A stretch of DNA of 63,876 nt, counting the filler, from Dehalococcoidia bacterium (GTDB lineage: Bacteria > Chloroflexota > Dehalococcoidia > DSTF01 > RBG-16-68-14): the NCBI GenBank assembly GCA_040882355.1. It is 3 parts of 3 records of this genome, joined end to end, with 100 filler letters (N's around TTAATTAATTAA, not from the genome) between each part and the next. Parts side by side here need not be neighbours in the genome. Positions count along the whole stretch, not along the records: positions 1 to 25,619 come from JBBEBM010000040.1; 2 more parts are not named here. The stretch is one strand, 5' to 3'. The notes beneath the pieces are model-generated. The model had not been told where the DNA came from. It made no database searches and saw nothing but the letters and a program-made list of their open reading frames with translations. Shown piece by piece: positions 10,199 through 20,262 of this stretch; the stretch's first letter is position 1, and the number at the start of each line of letters is the position of its first letter. Made by a program: the position numbers and the translations under genes.

Positions 10199-11174
10199 TC
10201 TTCGGGGCCGGTTCTCCCGCGCACCCAGCCAGCGCCGGCTGTCGCGCCGCCGCCGCACGGCCGGGCCACGTGCCCGCGATGTTGCACGTGCCCTTCGCGA
10301 TGTCGGCGTTCTTGCACGCGCAGACGTTCACCTCGATGCCGTGCGCGTCGGCCGCGGCGCGCACGCGTTCGAAGATCGAGGCGCGCAGCTCGGCCGGGGC
10401 GGAGTCGATCGGCCACGGGCTGCCGCGCATCAGCGCCGCCTCCTTCGATTCGTACTTCGCAAGCAAGCGGCGCAGCAGCGCCCGGTCCTTCACGTTCCGC
10501 TTTAGCCAGTAGACGATGCCCGGCCGCAGGAAGAGCACGCCCGCCGCCGCCCTGGACACGCCAACCTGCGCCAGCGCCGCGAAGTGCCGGTCGAGCGCCT
10601 CCGCGCTGTCGGTGAAGTCGGGCAGGATCGGGTCGATGCGCGCCTCAGCGGCGACGCCGCCCTCGATCAGCGCCGCGAGCTGCCAGAGCCGGTCGCGAGG
10701 CGCCGCGGCCCCCGGCTCGAAGACGGCGGCGATCTCGTCGTCCAGCGTGACGAGGCCGACCTGCGCCCGCACGAGCTGCCGGTGGTCGCAGAGCAGCGCC
10801 AGCGTCTCGTCTGGGATCAGCCCTTTCGTCAAGAACGCGACGCCGACCCCCTGCTCAAACAGCAGCGCGAGCACCGCGTGGGTCAGCTCGAGCAGCTCGG
10901 GCGCCGGCTGGAAGAGGTCGCTCGACGGGCTGAAGTAGACAGCGCGAGGCTTCTCGGTCGCCCGCGCCAGCTCCCGCCGCAGCAGCTCCAGCGTGTTCTC
11001 GTAGAGCACGATGCGCCCCTCGCCCGGGAAGTTGCGATAGGCGCGGATGTAGCAGTAGACGCAGTCGTGCAGGCAGCCCGCCGTCAGGTTGATCGTCGGC
11101 AGGGTGGCGAGGCACGCCAGGCTGGACGGCGTCAGCACCGGCGAGCGTCGTCGGGCGCGGATCACGGCGGGCAT
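10194..11174 (-). CDS. Radical SAM protein, spore-photoproduct-lyase-like family
   Basis: INLTAGCLHDCVYCY (CxxxCxxC), SPSSDLFQP, FLTKG, FEPGA..P..RL, RIDPILP. Confidence 0.85.
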   Translation of the reverse strand: MPAVIRARRRSPVLTPSSLACLATLPTINLTAGCLHDCVYCYIRAYRNFPGEGRIVLYENTLELLRRELARATEKPRAVYFSPSSDLFQPAPELLELTHAVLALLFEQGVGVAFLTKGLIPDETLALLCDHRQLVRAQVGLVTLDDEIAAVFEPGAAAPRDRLWQLAALIEGGVAAEARIDPILPDFTDSAEALDRHFAALAQVGVSRAAAGVLFLRPGIVYWLKRNVKDRALLRRLLAKYESKEAALMRGSPWPIDSAPAELRASIFERVRAAADAHGIEVNVCACKNADIAKGTCNIAGTWPGRAAAARQPALAGCAGEPAPKT

Positions 11175-11431
11175 GGCAGCGCCCATGATAGGACATGCGT
11201 TCGGAGAGTGTCAAGGGCGCAGTGCTCGCTCGACGATGGCTACAGCGATACGCGCCAGCAGGGTCGCGAATGCGAGCTGCAACCAACCGCTAGGGTTTAG
11301 AGTAGCGAAGCACAGCACGGCGACGATGCCGACAAGAAGCGAGAACGCTACAATCTTCACGACGACTGCAGTGTCTCACAATCGCCATCGCCAGTACCCG
11401 AACTTTAGAGAGTCGTGCTAGATCGGTGCAT

Positions 11432-12430
11432 CTAACGCCTTACTGCCGGTCCGCGGTTGCGGGGGAGCCTGATACCCAACTCACGAGCAAGGCTGGCTAC
11501 TGCCTTCTCCACGGTGGGTTGGCCGTGACCTGCATGCAAAGCTATCTCCCTAGGCGGCTTCGTTAGGGCAACGCGCTCGAAGAGCCAGTTCACATTTCGG
11601 AAGAGTTTTGGCTCTGTATCTACGACGAGACACCCTGCATTTGTGTAGCGACGCAGGATTTCATCCTGCTGGCGCCGTGCCTCGCGCTGTATGGCCGCGT
11701 TTATGCTGGGCCGTTTGTCGTACAGAGGGTTGTACGTCGTGCGTACGACGATCTCGGCTTCATCCAGCGCATCACGGCGTGGATGCCTCTCCAGGAGGTA
11801 TTCGAACCTTGAGGACCTCTCCGATGCCGACAAGTCGTCCGAGTACCTGAAGTAGGCCGGTACCAAGTCGAGGTGGCAGATGGAGTCGGCCTGCCCTCGC
11901 ATGAATCTCCTGAGTGAGCTGTTGAGCCAGGGCAGGCGTCGCTTTGGCGATGCACCACTGGCACTGCGGACACTGCTGGAATTGAGGACAGCCTCCACAA
12001 ACTGCGGCGGCAGTTCATCCTTCACGGCCATCAGGTCTTCTATAGCCATACCGGCATTCGCCCAATCTAATCCCGCGGAGTGGACCCAGGCAGGCGCCCA
12101 GTGGCATCGAAGCCCCCATCGCTCGCAGAGCGCGATGATGCTGTCGCGGTACCGGCGCAAGTGCTTGTGAGATGGACGAGCGGCTGCTACTTGTAGACTC
12201 GCCCAAGCGTCTTCTGGCTCACCGTGATGCAGGCCCGCTGGCGGGTCGATCACTCGGGGCAGAGCTTCGAGCAGCCGCTCGTCACGGGCAAGCAATTGGA
12301 TCCACTCCCACATGAAGTCCCAATGGCACCAGTACTCGTGCAAAAGCAGCGCACGAAGATAGTCACGCCGCTCCCCGGGCAACATCACGCGACCGCGCGG
12401 CCGCCTGCTCGGGCTATCTTGCACAGGCAC
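11432..12430 (-). CDS. Hypothetical protein with probable C-terminal HTH, in lower-GC segment
   Basis: 332 aa ORF; C-terminal PREIALHAGHGQPTVEKAVASLARELGI looks HTH-like; atypical codon usage. Confidence 0.6.
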   Translation of the reverse strand: MPVQDSPSRRPRGRVMLPGERRDYLRALLLHEYWCHWDFMWEWIQLLARDERLLEALPRVIDPPAGLHHGEPEDAWASLQVAAARPSHKHLRRYRDSIIALCERWGLRCHWAPAWVHSAGLDWANAGMAIEDLMAVKDELPPQFVEAVLNSSSVRSASGASPKRRLPWLNSSLRRFMRGQADSICHLDLVPAYFRYSDDLSASERSSRFEYLLERHPRRDALDEAEIVVRTTYNPLYDKRPSINAAIQREARRQQDEILRRYTNAGCLVVDTEPKLFRNVNWLFERVALTKPPREIALHAGHGQPTVEKAVASLARELGIRLPRNRGPAVRR

Positions 12431-12481
12431 TCTGTTCCACCATCGGAGCAGTCATCGTAATTGCCACCAGCGTCTCTCGCT

Positions 12482-13243
12482 TCATGTCACAGGACTGTCT
12501 GCCCACCCGACGGCACGGGTTCCCTCGTAAACCCACAAGTGAGCGACTCCGTAAAAGGTTGACTGCCCCGGCTCCACGTAGGTCCTCACAGGACAAGAGG
12601 CTGTCCACCGGCCCTCGCCCCAGGCCATGATGCAGCGACTCGTGTCCATCTGGTATGCCCGGAAGTCAAGCATTCCATTCGGGAGATGAAGGATCGCGCT
12701 GGACAGCCACTCCGCACCCTGATCGACCAGCCAGTCGATGGCAATCGACTTCGCCTCGCCCGGTTGTAGGGTTGGAGAGGGCGTCGCAGGAGGGCCGGGC
12801 GGCGGGATAAATTGCGAGGTCGGGCCCGGAGAACGCTCCCGTTCAGGACTCGGCGACCCCTCGGGGGGAGCATCAGAACCAACTGCGTCACCAGGGGCGC
12901 GGCTTGGCGCGGCTTCCTTGGTGCAGTTTGCGAGGAACCATGCACGTTCGGTCGTGCTTAGGTATTGAGTGCCGCGTATTTCGTCGCAGTCGTTTCGATC
13001 AGGCAGAACGGTCGCAGAGGGCGCGCCCAGCACTTGGGGGGCGGTTGTAGGGACAAGCGTCACTTCCCGGGCTGCGGTAGGTTCACCTCGGGCGCTGCTC
13101 GGCGGCTCTGCGTCGTTCTCGGTCAGCGCCAGCACGGCGACAGTTCCAAGAACCGCCGCCATCGTCCAGCCGCCGGCAATGGCTCCTTTAAGCCACCAGG
13201 AGAGCGCCCAAAACCGACGCCACTGACTCAGTATGCGCCGCAC
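12482..13243 (-). CDS. Hypothetical N-terminally anchored extracytoplasmic protein
   Basis: Basic N-terminus + TM, Pro/Thr-rich linkers, small two-Cys module DRNDCDEIRGTQYLSTTERAWFLANC. Confidence 0.6.
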   Translation of the reverse strand: MRRILSQWRRFWALSWWLKGAIAGGWTMAAVLGTVAVLALTENDAEPPSSARGEPTAAREVTLVPTTAPQVLGAPSATVLPDRNDCDEIRGTQYLSTTERAWFLANCTKEAAPSRAPGDAVGSDAPPEGSPSPERERSPGPTSQFIPPPGPPATPSPTLQPGEAKSIAIDWLVDQGAEWLSSAILHLPNGMLDFRAYQMDTSRCIMAWGEGRWTASCPVRTYVEPGQSTFYGVAHLWVYEGTRAVGWADSPVT

Positions 13244-13435
13244 ACAAGTACCTCAACACAAACTATAGCGCATAGCACGCGCCGCTGGGGCCCTGCTCCC
13301 CAACCCCAACCTCCACCCACCCCTAGCTTAGCGCCCACTAGAAAAACGTGGCGGGATGGGGTATAATCTCCCCGCACGGCAGGCGGCGACCCCGCCCGGG
13401 CCTGCTAGACTCACTCGAGGAAGGAAACGCCAACG

Positions 13436-14758
13436 ATGGTCATCGAATCCAATCCCGAGCAGAAGGAAACGCAGCCGCGGCAGCCCCGGTACACCGAGGG
13501 CGACCGCCAGAAGATGATCGACGACTCCAAGCGGCCGGTCAAGGACTACACGACCGACTACGACATCTTCGGCAAGGAGTACATCAAGGACCCCTTCCCC
13601 GTCTGGGACGACCTGCGCGGCAAGTGCCCCGTCGCCCACACGGAGCGCTGGGGCGGGTCGTGGATGCCGACGCGCTACGAGGACCTCTTCAAGATCGCGG
13701 CCGACATCCAGCACTTCTCCTCGCGAGACGTGCTCGTCGCCCCCACCAGCCCGCCGGCTGAGGACGCCGAGGAGGACGAGGACCTGCCTGAGGAGCTGCG
13801 CAACTACGAAGCGAGCGCGCCACCCATCACGTCCGACCCGCCGGAGCACACGTGGGCACGCCGCCTGCTGCTCCCCCCGTTCTCGCCGCAGCAGATCGCG
13901 AAGTGGGAGCCCGAGACGCGCGAGCTGTGCAGCTCACTCATCGACGGCTTCATCGACAATGGCCGCGCGGACGGCGCCGTCGACTACGCGCAGCAGATCC
14001 CGCCGCGCGTCATCGCCGCCATGCTCGGCATCCCGATGGAAGAAGCCGGCACGTTCACCGAGTGGGTGCGCGGCTTCCTCGAGCTCGGTCTGACGAACGC
14101 CGACCTGCAGAACGACGCGGCGCGGAACATCTTCGGCTACCTCTGGGAGCGCATTCAGGAGCACAAGGCGAACCCGCGCGACGACCTGATCGGCTACCTG
14201 CTTGCGGCGAAGGTCGACGATCAGCCCGTTGCCGAGACCCACGTGCTCGGCACCTGCTTCCTGGTCCTGCTCGCCGGCATCGATACCACCTGGAGCTCGA
14301 TCGGCAGCGCCCTCTGGCACCTGGCCCAGCACCCCGAGGACCGGGCGCGGCTCATCGCGGAACCGGAGCTGATGCCGACCGCCATCGAAGAGTTGCTGCG
14401 CGCCTACTCGCCCGTGACGATGGCCCGTTACGTCTCCGAGGACGTCGACTACAACGGCTGCAAGATGAGTGAGGGCGACAAGGTGCTGATGAACTTCCCT
14501 GCCGCCAACCGCGACCCGGCGAAGTTCAAGGACCCCGACAAGGTGATCCTGGACCGGCAGGAGAACCCGCACATCGCGTTCGGCGTCGGCATCCATCGTT
14601 GCGCCGGCTCGAACCTGGCCCGCATGGAGATGCGCGTCTCGATCGAAGAGTGGCTGAAGCGCATCCCGGACTACCGCCTGGAGGACCCGGACAGCGTCAC
14701 CTGGGCCGGCGGTCAGGTGCGCGGCCCGCGCCAGATGCCGGTCGTGTGGCCGTCGTGA
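13436..14758 (+). CDS. Cytochrome P450
   Basis: DPPEH, LAGIDTT (I-helix), EELLR (ExxR), ANRDP, HIAFGVGIHRCAG heme Cys motif. Confidence 0.97.
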   Translation: MVIESNPEQKETQPRQPRYTEGDRQKMIDDSKRPVKDYTTDYDIFGKEYIKDPFPVWDDLRGKCPVAHTERWGGSWMPTRYEDLFKIAADIQHFSSRDVLVAPTSPPAEDAEEDEDLPEELRNYEASAPPITSDPPEHTWARRLLLPPFSPQQIAKWEPETRELCSSLIDGFIDNGRADGAVDYAQQIPPRVIAAMLGIPMEEAGTFTEWVRGFLELGLTNADLQNDAARNIFGYLWERIQEHKANPRDDLIGYLLAAKVDDQPVAETHVLGTCFLVLLAGIDTTWSSIGSALWHLAQHPEDRARLIAEPELMPTAIEELLRAYSPVTMARYVSEDVDYNGCKMSEGDKVLMNFPAANRDPAKFKDPDKVILDRQENPHIAFGVGIHRCAGSNLARMEMRVSIEEWLKRIPDYRLEDPDSVTWAGGQVRGPRQMPVVWPS

Positions 14759-14952
14759 AGATCAAGGTAGACCCCGCCAAGTGTCAGGGCCACAACCGCT
14801 GCTACCAGACGGCGCCCGAGATGTTCCAGCTCGACAACTACGGCTACTCGACGGCTAAGAACGACGGCAAGGTGCCGCCGGAACTCGAAGAGAAGGTCCG
14901 GCTCGCCGTCAAGAACTGCCCCGAGCTGGCGATCAGCATCGTCGAAGAGTAG
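14755..14952 (+). CDS. Ferredoxin (3Fe-4S type, P450 partner)
   Basis: GTG overlaps P450 TGA; VKIKVDPAKCQGHNRC...NCPELAI (CxxHxxC...CP). Confidence 0.92.
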   Translation: MKIKVDPAKCQGHNRCYQTAPEMFQLDNYGYSTAKNDGKVPPELEEKVRLAVKNCPELAISIVEE

Positions 14953-14977
14953 CGCGCCACTACGCGACCTAACGCTT

Positions 14978-15487
14978 GTGACGACCGCGGACGTTCTCGA
15001 CGCGCTCGCTCGTGAATGGGCGCGGCTGACGCAGGCGGTGGACTCGATGGGCGATCGAGCGTCGACCCTCTCCGTCACCGAAGAGGGCTGGTCGACGAAG
15101 GACGTCCTCGCGCACCTCCTCCACTGGGCCACGCAGATCGCGTTCGGCCTCGGCGCGCAAGTGACACCGCCGGTCTACATGATGGAGGAGCGCCAGCGCC
15201 GGATGCTCGCCGGCGGCGGCGACCCACCGATGCCCACCGCCGACGAATCGAACGCCCTCGCGGTCGCGCACTACCGCGACGTTCCGCTCGATGAAATTAA
15301 GAGTGGGCTCGAGCGCGTGGTCGAGGCGCTCGTCGAGCGAGCGCGCCTTCGTTCGGACGACCAGATGCTCGCGACCGACGCCGTTCCCTGGGCGCCGGGC
15401 CGGCCCCTGTGGCAGTTCATCGCCGGCGACACGTTCCTGCACTGGCCGCTCCACGCCGAAGCGATCGAGCAGGCGGCGCGGCCCTAG
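14978..15487 (+). CDS. DinB/maleylpyruvate isomerase N-terminal-like four-helix protein
   Basis: GWSTKDVLAHLLHW and C-terminal H...H. Confidence 0.75.
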   Translation: MTTADVLDALAREWARLTQAVDSMGDRASTLSVTEEGWSTKDVLAHLLHWATQIAFGLGAQVTPPVYMMEERQRRMLAGGGDPPMPTADESNALAVAHYRDVPLDEIKSGLERVVEALVERARLRSDDQMLATDAVPWAPGRPLWQFIAGDTFLHWPLHAEAIEQAARP

Positions 15488-15534
15488 CTCAGCCCTCGCC
15501 CGATCGCCGCGCTCGCCATCGGGCGGCTCGCAGG

Positions 15535-16899
15535 CTAGGTGAGGATCGCCGGCGGGCTCTCCGCCACGCGTTCGGCGATTACCGAGACCATATAGCCCGC
15601 GAAGAGCAGCAGACCCGCGAGCAGGTGGAGCTGCACGTTCTTGCCCATCGTCGACATCAGATCGTAGGGCGCGTTGTAGTCGCGGCTGATGCCTCGGTAG
15701 ACCTCGATCGCCAGCGGCAGCGCAAGCAGCGCGATCAGGGTCGGTCGCGGCAGCGTGCCGGCCGGCGCGGCTATCGCGATGAGCAGGAACGCCGCCGCCG
15801 CTGCGAGCAGGAAGCCGCGCACGACGGCCGCCCGGCTCCAGCGCACCGGCAGCGTCCGCTTCCCGACTGCGGAATCGCCTGAGCGGTCCGGGATCTCGTT
15901 CACGTAGAGCACGAGCGCGATGAAGATGCCGACCGGGACCGACGCGATCAGCGGCTCCCAGGCGAACTGCTGCGCCTGGACGACGTAGGCGCCGAGCACC
16001 ATCACTGGGCCGAAGCCCAGCCCCGTCGCGATCTCTCCCAGACCTCGGTGGACCAACCGGACAGGTGGCGCCGTATAGAACACACTGATCAGCACTCCGG
16101 CGAGACCGATCAGCAGCAACTCCAGCGACCCGCGCGCGACCACGAGGTACAGGCCGAGCCCGATACCCACCGCGTACGCGACGGCGCTGATCGCGAGCAT
16201 GCCGCGCAGAGAGACCAGCCCGTACTGGATCACTCGCGAGCCGCCGCTGAACTGGGTCGGGTTCACGTTGGCGTCGTCGGCGCCGGAAACGGTGTCGAAG
16301 ATGTCGTTCGCTACGTTGAGGCCGACGTGGATCGCCGCGCCGGCGATGATGGTGGCGATTGCAAAGCCCCAACTGAAGAAGCCGTCGTTCGCCGCGATTG
16401 CGATGCCGAGCAGGATCGGAACAAAGGTCGCCGTCAGGAACGGCAGCCGCGTCGCTAGAAGAAAGGTCCATAGCGGGGAGAGGCGGGGCTTCACCTCGAC
16501 GCCGCGCTCTTGCGAAAGACTGCTCAAGTACTTCGAGGCCTGGTGGTTGGAGCGCTCCGCGTACTCGAAGAACGGAATGTCCCGCTCGTCCCAGCCCCAC
16601 GCCCGCTCCGCCCGGAAAACGAGCCCTTCATTCTCGGAGGTGGCGCGGCCCCAAAGCGAGATGTAGCGCCGCTCGTCATACCCCTCTCCAGCCTTCGGCC
16701 GGATGTGGCTCGCGATGAGGTTCACCTCTCGGTCCGTCGGGATAGGCAGCCCGGTCGAGTCGATGCGCACGACGCCTTCGCCGGCGTCCGTGGTGAACGT
16801 CGCCGCGGTCTGGAGCGGGTAGCCATCGTCATCGATCCACGAAAGGACGGCGTGGCTGTACGTGTCCAGCTTCGCGAACAGCTCTCGGTCGATCTTCAC
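15535..16899 (-). CDS. Fusion: PNPOx-like split-barrel domain + MenA-like UbiA prenyltransferase
   Basis: N-terminal HAVLSWIDDDGYP; from ~aa 145 ATRLPFL, NVANDIFD..SGAD, FSGGSR, YTAPP, GLGE, NEIPD..GD...GKRTL. Confidence 0.85.
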   Translation of the reverse strand: MKIDRELFAKLDTYSHAVLSWIDDDGYPLQTAATFTTDAGEGVVRIDSTGLPIPTDREVNLIASHIRPKAGEGYDERRYISLWGRATSENEGLVFRAERAWGWDERDIPFFEYAERSNHQASKYLSSLSQERGVEVKPRLSPLWTFLLATRLPFLTATFVPILLGIAIAANDGFFSWGFAIATIIAGAAIHVGLNVANDIFDTVSGADDANVNPTQFSGGSRVIQYGLVSLRGMLAISAVAYAVGIGLGLYLVVARGSLELLLIGLAGVLISVFYTAPPVRLVHRGLGEIATGLGFGPVMVLGAYVVQAQQFAWEPLIASVPVGIFIALVLYVNEIPDRSGDSAVGKRTLPVRWSRAAVVRGFLLAAAAAFLLIAIAAPAGTLPRPTLIALLALPLAIEVYRGISRDYNAPYDLMSTMGKNVQLHLLAGLLLFAGYMVSVIAERVAESPPAILT

Positions 16900-17378
16900 G
16901 ATGTCACCCCCGGCGCGAGTACTTCTTGAGGCAGCCTCGAAACGTCGCCGTCCTCCCAGTAGAGGACCTTACGCGGCGTGATCTCGATGAGCGAGCGTTC
17001 GAAGAAGAGGGGGAGCGCGAAGCGCTTGCCCAGGAACGTCTCGATGGCCGGCTCCTTCGCCCGCCAGAGGGGCATGATCTGCATCCACGATTCGTGCGGG
17101 TCTTCCTCGAGGATCCGGGCGATACCCTGGACCGTGCAGCGTGTCCTCAGCCCGCCCGTGCCCTCCGGATCGGTGACCGCCACGCTGACTTTAGGGTTGC
17201 GCTTGATGTGCTCTACCTTCCTTGAGAACAGCACGCTCGACGTCATGTAGACGCGCTCGCCGTCCCAGAGCGGGATCAGCGGGTGCGTGACCGGCTCGCC
17301 TTTCGCGTTCACGACGGTCAGCTCGGCCACTAGCGCCGCGCGCAGCACCGAGTCGACGACTTCAGGCACCCAGGTCAT
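16896..17378 (-). CDS. Pyridoxamine 5'-phosphate oxidase-like (flavin/F420-binding split-barrel) protein
   Basis: GGAGG RBS before ATG 17378; AELTVVNAKGEPVTHP, KVEHIKRNPKVSV, VQG.A. Confidence 0.85.
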   Translation of the reverse strand: MTWVPEVVDSVLRAALVAELTVVNAKGEPVTHPLIPLWDGERVYMTSSVLFSRKVEHIKRNPKVSVAVTDPEGTGGLRTRCTVQGIARILEEDPHESWMQIMPLWRAKEPAIETFLGKRFALPLFFERSLIEITPRKVLYWEDGDVSRLPQEVLAPGVTS

Positions 17379-17473
17379 CGCGGCACCTCCAAATTCATGC
17401 CTCATAAGAAGATTGTGACAGGATTCACAGTTCTGATCAACACACGCCTCGCCATCGCGCAGATCGCGCGCAG

Positions 17474-17521
17474 TGGCGCCCCCCGACAGGACTCGAACCT
17501 GCAACCTGCGGACTAGAAGTC
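17474..17521 (-). repeat. Duplicated 3' part of tRNA-Arg(TCT), att-like direct repeat
   Basis: gacttctagtccgcaggttgcaggttcgagtcctgtcggggggcgcca matches 24286-24332 with two substitutions and one extra G. Confidence 0.9.
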
Positions 17522-19006
17522 TGCCGACCCCGCCAGCTCTCGCCCGATCGCCGCGCTTGCTTCGACCGTTGCGCGCACGTCGGCTTCGCTCGTGCGGAAG
17601 TTGACGATGCAGGCGCGCAGGGCCGATCGCCCGTCCCGCAGCCGCGCGTTCGACACCAACGCGATCCCTCTCGCCTCCAGCTCCCGGATGACGGCGTCCT
17701 GCAGCGCCTCTAGGCGATCGGCGTCGCTCAGGCCCGGCGGCTCGACGCGCCAGCAGACGATCGACAGCTCGCGCGGCGCGGCTAGCGTGAGGCCCGGCGT
17801 CTCCCGCACGACGCGCTCCATCTCTTCAGCGAGGAGCAGGTTGCGCTCGATCATCGCCGCGTAGCCGGAGCGGCCGAACGCCTGCAGCGACAGCCACACC
17901 TTGAGCGCCCGGAACGGACGCGAGTTCTCCGGAGACCGCTCATGCAGGTCCACCTCGCCAGCCGCGTGCTGCATCGCCAGGTACGCCGCCTGGAACGCGA
18001 ACGAGCGCTCGAGCAGGCCGGGCCGCCGCACGAGCGTCACGCCGGCGTCGATCGGTTGGTAGAGCCACTTGTGCGGGTCGCAGGCGATCGAATCGGCATC
18101 GGCGAGCGAGCGCAGCTCCGGCGGCGCGCCCGGCGCTAGCGCGGCGAACGCGCCGTAGGCGCCGTCGACGTGGAACCAGAGGTCCTCCTCGCGGGCGACG
18201 GCGGCCAGGTCCGCCAGCGGGTCGATGGCGCCGGTGCCCACCGTGCCCGCCGCGGCGACGATCGCGATCGGCAGGTCGCCGCGCGCCCGGTCTTCGGCGA
18301 TCGTGGTGCGCAGGGCATCGACGCGCATCCGGTACGCCTCGTCCACAGCCACCAACCTTACGCTCTCGCGGCCCAGGCCGAGCAGCTCGGCCGCCTGCTC
18401 GTGGCAGTGGTGGGCCTCGGCGCTGGTGTAGACTCGCAGGCGCGGCGCGTTGCCGTCGGGCCCGCGCAGGCCGTAGCGGCGCGTGTCCCAGGGCGCCTTC
18501 GCGTCGCGGAAGACCGCCTGCGCGACAATGTTCGCCATCTGCCCGCCGCTGACGAAGATACCTTCCGCTTCCGGCGGGTAGCCGAGCAGCTCCTTCAGCC
18601 AGTCGACCGTCTGCAGCTCGATCGCGGTGGCCGCCGGGGCCAGGCGCCACCCGCCCACGTTCTGATTGAGCGCCGACGCGACGAGGTCGGCGAGGACGCC
18701 GACTGGCACCGGCGAGGCGGTGATGTAGCCGAAGAACCGTGGGTGGCCGTTGTACGTGGAAAGCGGCGCCACATCCCGTTCGAGCCGATCGATGAGCTCA
18801 CTGAGGTCGACCGGCGCTTCGGGCAGCGGCTGGCGGAAGCGCGCCGCGACGTCCTCGTCGCCAACCGGCGCGGGCGGCCGGCGCTCCCAGTCCGTCGAGA
18901 CCGCCGCCGCCAGCTCGACGAAGCGCCCGCCCAGCTCGCGCCAGCGCTCCGCGGACCAGTCGAAGTCGGCAGGCGGACGTTCCGAGAAGTCGGCCGCGTC
19001 AGCCAT
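17513..19006 (-). CDS. Group II PLP-dependent decarboxylase (aromatic/diamino acid decarboxylase family)
   Basis: HPRFFGYI, SGGQMAN, AGTVGTGAIDP, HVDGAYG, DPHKWL, RALKVW. Confidence 0.92.
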   Translation of the reverse strand: MADAADFSERPPADFDWSAERWRELGGRFVELAAAVSTDWERRPPAPVGDEDVAARFRQPLPEAPVDLSELIDRLERDVAPLSTYNGHPRFFGYITASPVPVGVLADLVASALNQNVGGWRLAPAATAIELQTVDWLKELLGYPPEAEGIFVSGGQMANIVAQAVFRDAKAPWDTRRYGLRGPDGNAPRLRVYTSAEAHHCHEQAAELLGLGRESVRLVAVDEAYRMRVDALRTTIAEDRARGDLPIAIVAAAGTVGTGAIDPLADLAAVAREEDLWFHVDGAYGAFAALAPGAPPELRSLADADSIACDPHKWLYQPIDAGVTLVRRPGLLERSFAFQAAYLAMQHAAGEVDLHERSPENSRPFRALKVWLSLQAFGRSGYAAMIERNLLLAEEMERVVRETPGLTLAAPRELSIVCWRVEPPGLSDADRLEALQDAVIRELEARGIALVSNARLRDGRSALRACIVNFRTSEADVRATVEASAAIGRELAGSADF

Positions 19007-19013
19007 ACCAGCG

Positions 19014-19820
19014 CTAGCGCAACCCGGCGAAGAGATCGTCTTCGCGGGCGGGCGCGTCCACCAGGCTGAACACCCGGCAGTACGTGAGTGAGCCCCACAG
19101 ATTACGATGGTGCTCCTCGGACAGGTCGAGCAGCTTCTGGTAGCCCGGGAGCTGCGAGCGGTGGCAGCGGATCGCCTCCCAGACGGTTTGCCAGTGGTCG
19201 CCGGTGTCGACCGTGGTCGTGATCGCCCACTCCGGCCATGTCACCGAGCGCCGCTCGACGCCATCGATGTGCATCACCAGCTCGCCGAACGCCGCCTCGT
19301 AGGCCTCAAGCACCTCGCGCCGCCAGACCGCGTAGTACAGCTTCGAAACGCCGTGAGGCGGCTGGCCGGACGGATCGGAGTAGCCTGCGTCCGCCGCCGC
19401 CACGACCGCCGCCGTCGTGAATTGGCAGGCCGCGATGTGATCCGGGTGTCCGTAGATGCCGTTCTGGTCGAACGTGACGATGACGTGCGGCCGCACGCGG
19501 CGTACGTGGGCAACGATCTTCGCGATCGCCTCAGTTGGGTCCGCCTTGTCGAGCTCGCCGTCGTGGTAGTCCAGCAGCGCGACGTCGCGCAGGCCGAGCA
19601 CGCCGGCCGCGCAGCGCAGCTCCTCCTCGCGGATGCGGCCGAGCGCCTCCTGCCCCGGGTTCTCCGCCTCCTCACCGAACCAGCCCAACTCGCCTCGCGT
19701 CGCCGTCACGAGATAGGTTTCGATGCCTTCGCTGGCGTACTTCGCCAGGATGCCGCCCGTGCCCAGCGACTCGTCGTCCGGGTGGGCGAGGACGCACAGC
19801 AGCCTGAGGGCGTTCGGCAT
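19014..19820 (-). CDS. PIG-L/LmbE family deacetylase (MshB/Mca-like)
   Basis: AHPDDE, TRGE.G, G.YGHPDH, HRSQ. Confidence 0.92.
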   Translation of the reverse strand: MPNALRLLCVLAHPDDESLGTGGILAKYASEGIETYLVTATRGELGWFGEEAENPGQEALGRIREEELRCAAGVLGLRDVALLDYHDGELDKADPTEAIAKIVAHVRRVRPHVIVTFDQNGIYGHPDHIAACQFTTAAVVAAADAGYSDPSGQPPHGVSKLYYAVWRREVLEAYEAAFGELVMHIDGVERRSVTWPEWAITTTVDTGDHWQTVWEAIRCHRSQLPGYQKLLDLSEEHHRNLWGSLTYCRVFSLVDAPAREDDLFAGLR

Positions 19821-19826
19821 CAGGGA

Positions 19827-20102
19827 CTACGCCTTCGCGGCTTGCTCGTGGAGCGCCTTGATCTGGGCGGGTGTGAACTTGTTCAGCTCCACCAACTGGG
19901 CGCTGTTACGCCAGACCGGCGGCACCATCAGCCGGGCCTCGTTCCGGCTCTCCGAATCCACGATGAGCCACGCCTTGTGCACGCCGTCCTCGCAGCCCCA
20001 GTCGGTGTGCGTCAGGTAATGAGCCCCGGCGCCCAGGACCGCATCGAGCAGCGCCAGGCACTCCTCTAGTGAATGGGTTGTTTCGATGATGAACTGTGCC
20101 AT
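19827..20102 (-). CDS. Small hypothetical protein (91 aa)
   Basis: GGAGG RBS before ATG 20102; MAQFIIETTHSLEEC...WGCEDGVHKAW; first gene of apparent operon. Confidence 0.7.
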   Translation of the reverse strand: MAQFIIETTHSLEECLALLDAVLGAGAHYLTHTDWGCEDGVHKAWLIVDSESRNEARLMVPPVWRNSAQLVELNKFTPAQIKALHEQAAKA

Positions 20103-20262
20103 AGCTAACCTCCGAATAAGAGTCGCGTAGCATCCTAGCATGCCACGCAGGGTCACACGAAGCGCTGGGTCGGGGGGTTGGGGCCAGGAGGAGCGGCGCG
20201 CAGCCGCGGCGCGGCGCCCCCGGCGGGACTCGCGCTTCTCCCGCTCCATCCCGTCCGCTATC

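Noticed and set aside
17474..17521. Second functional tRNA
   Set aside because: Lacks the 5' acceptor strand and D-arm, and overlaps a CDS end
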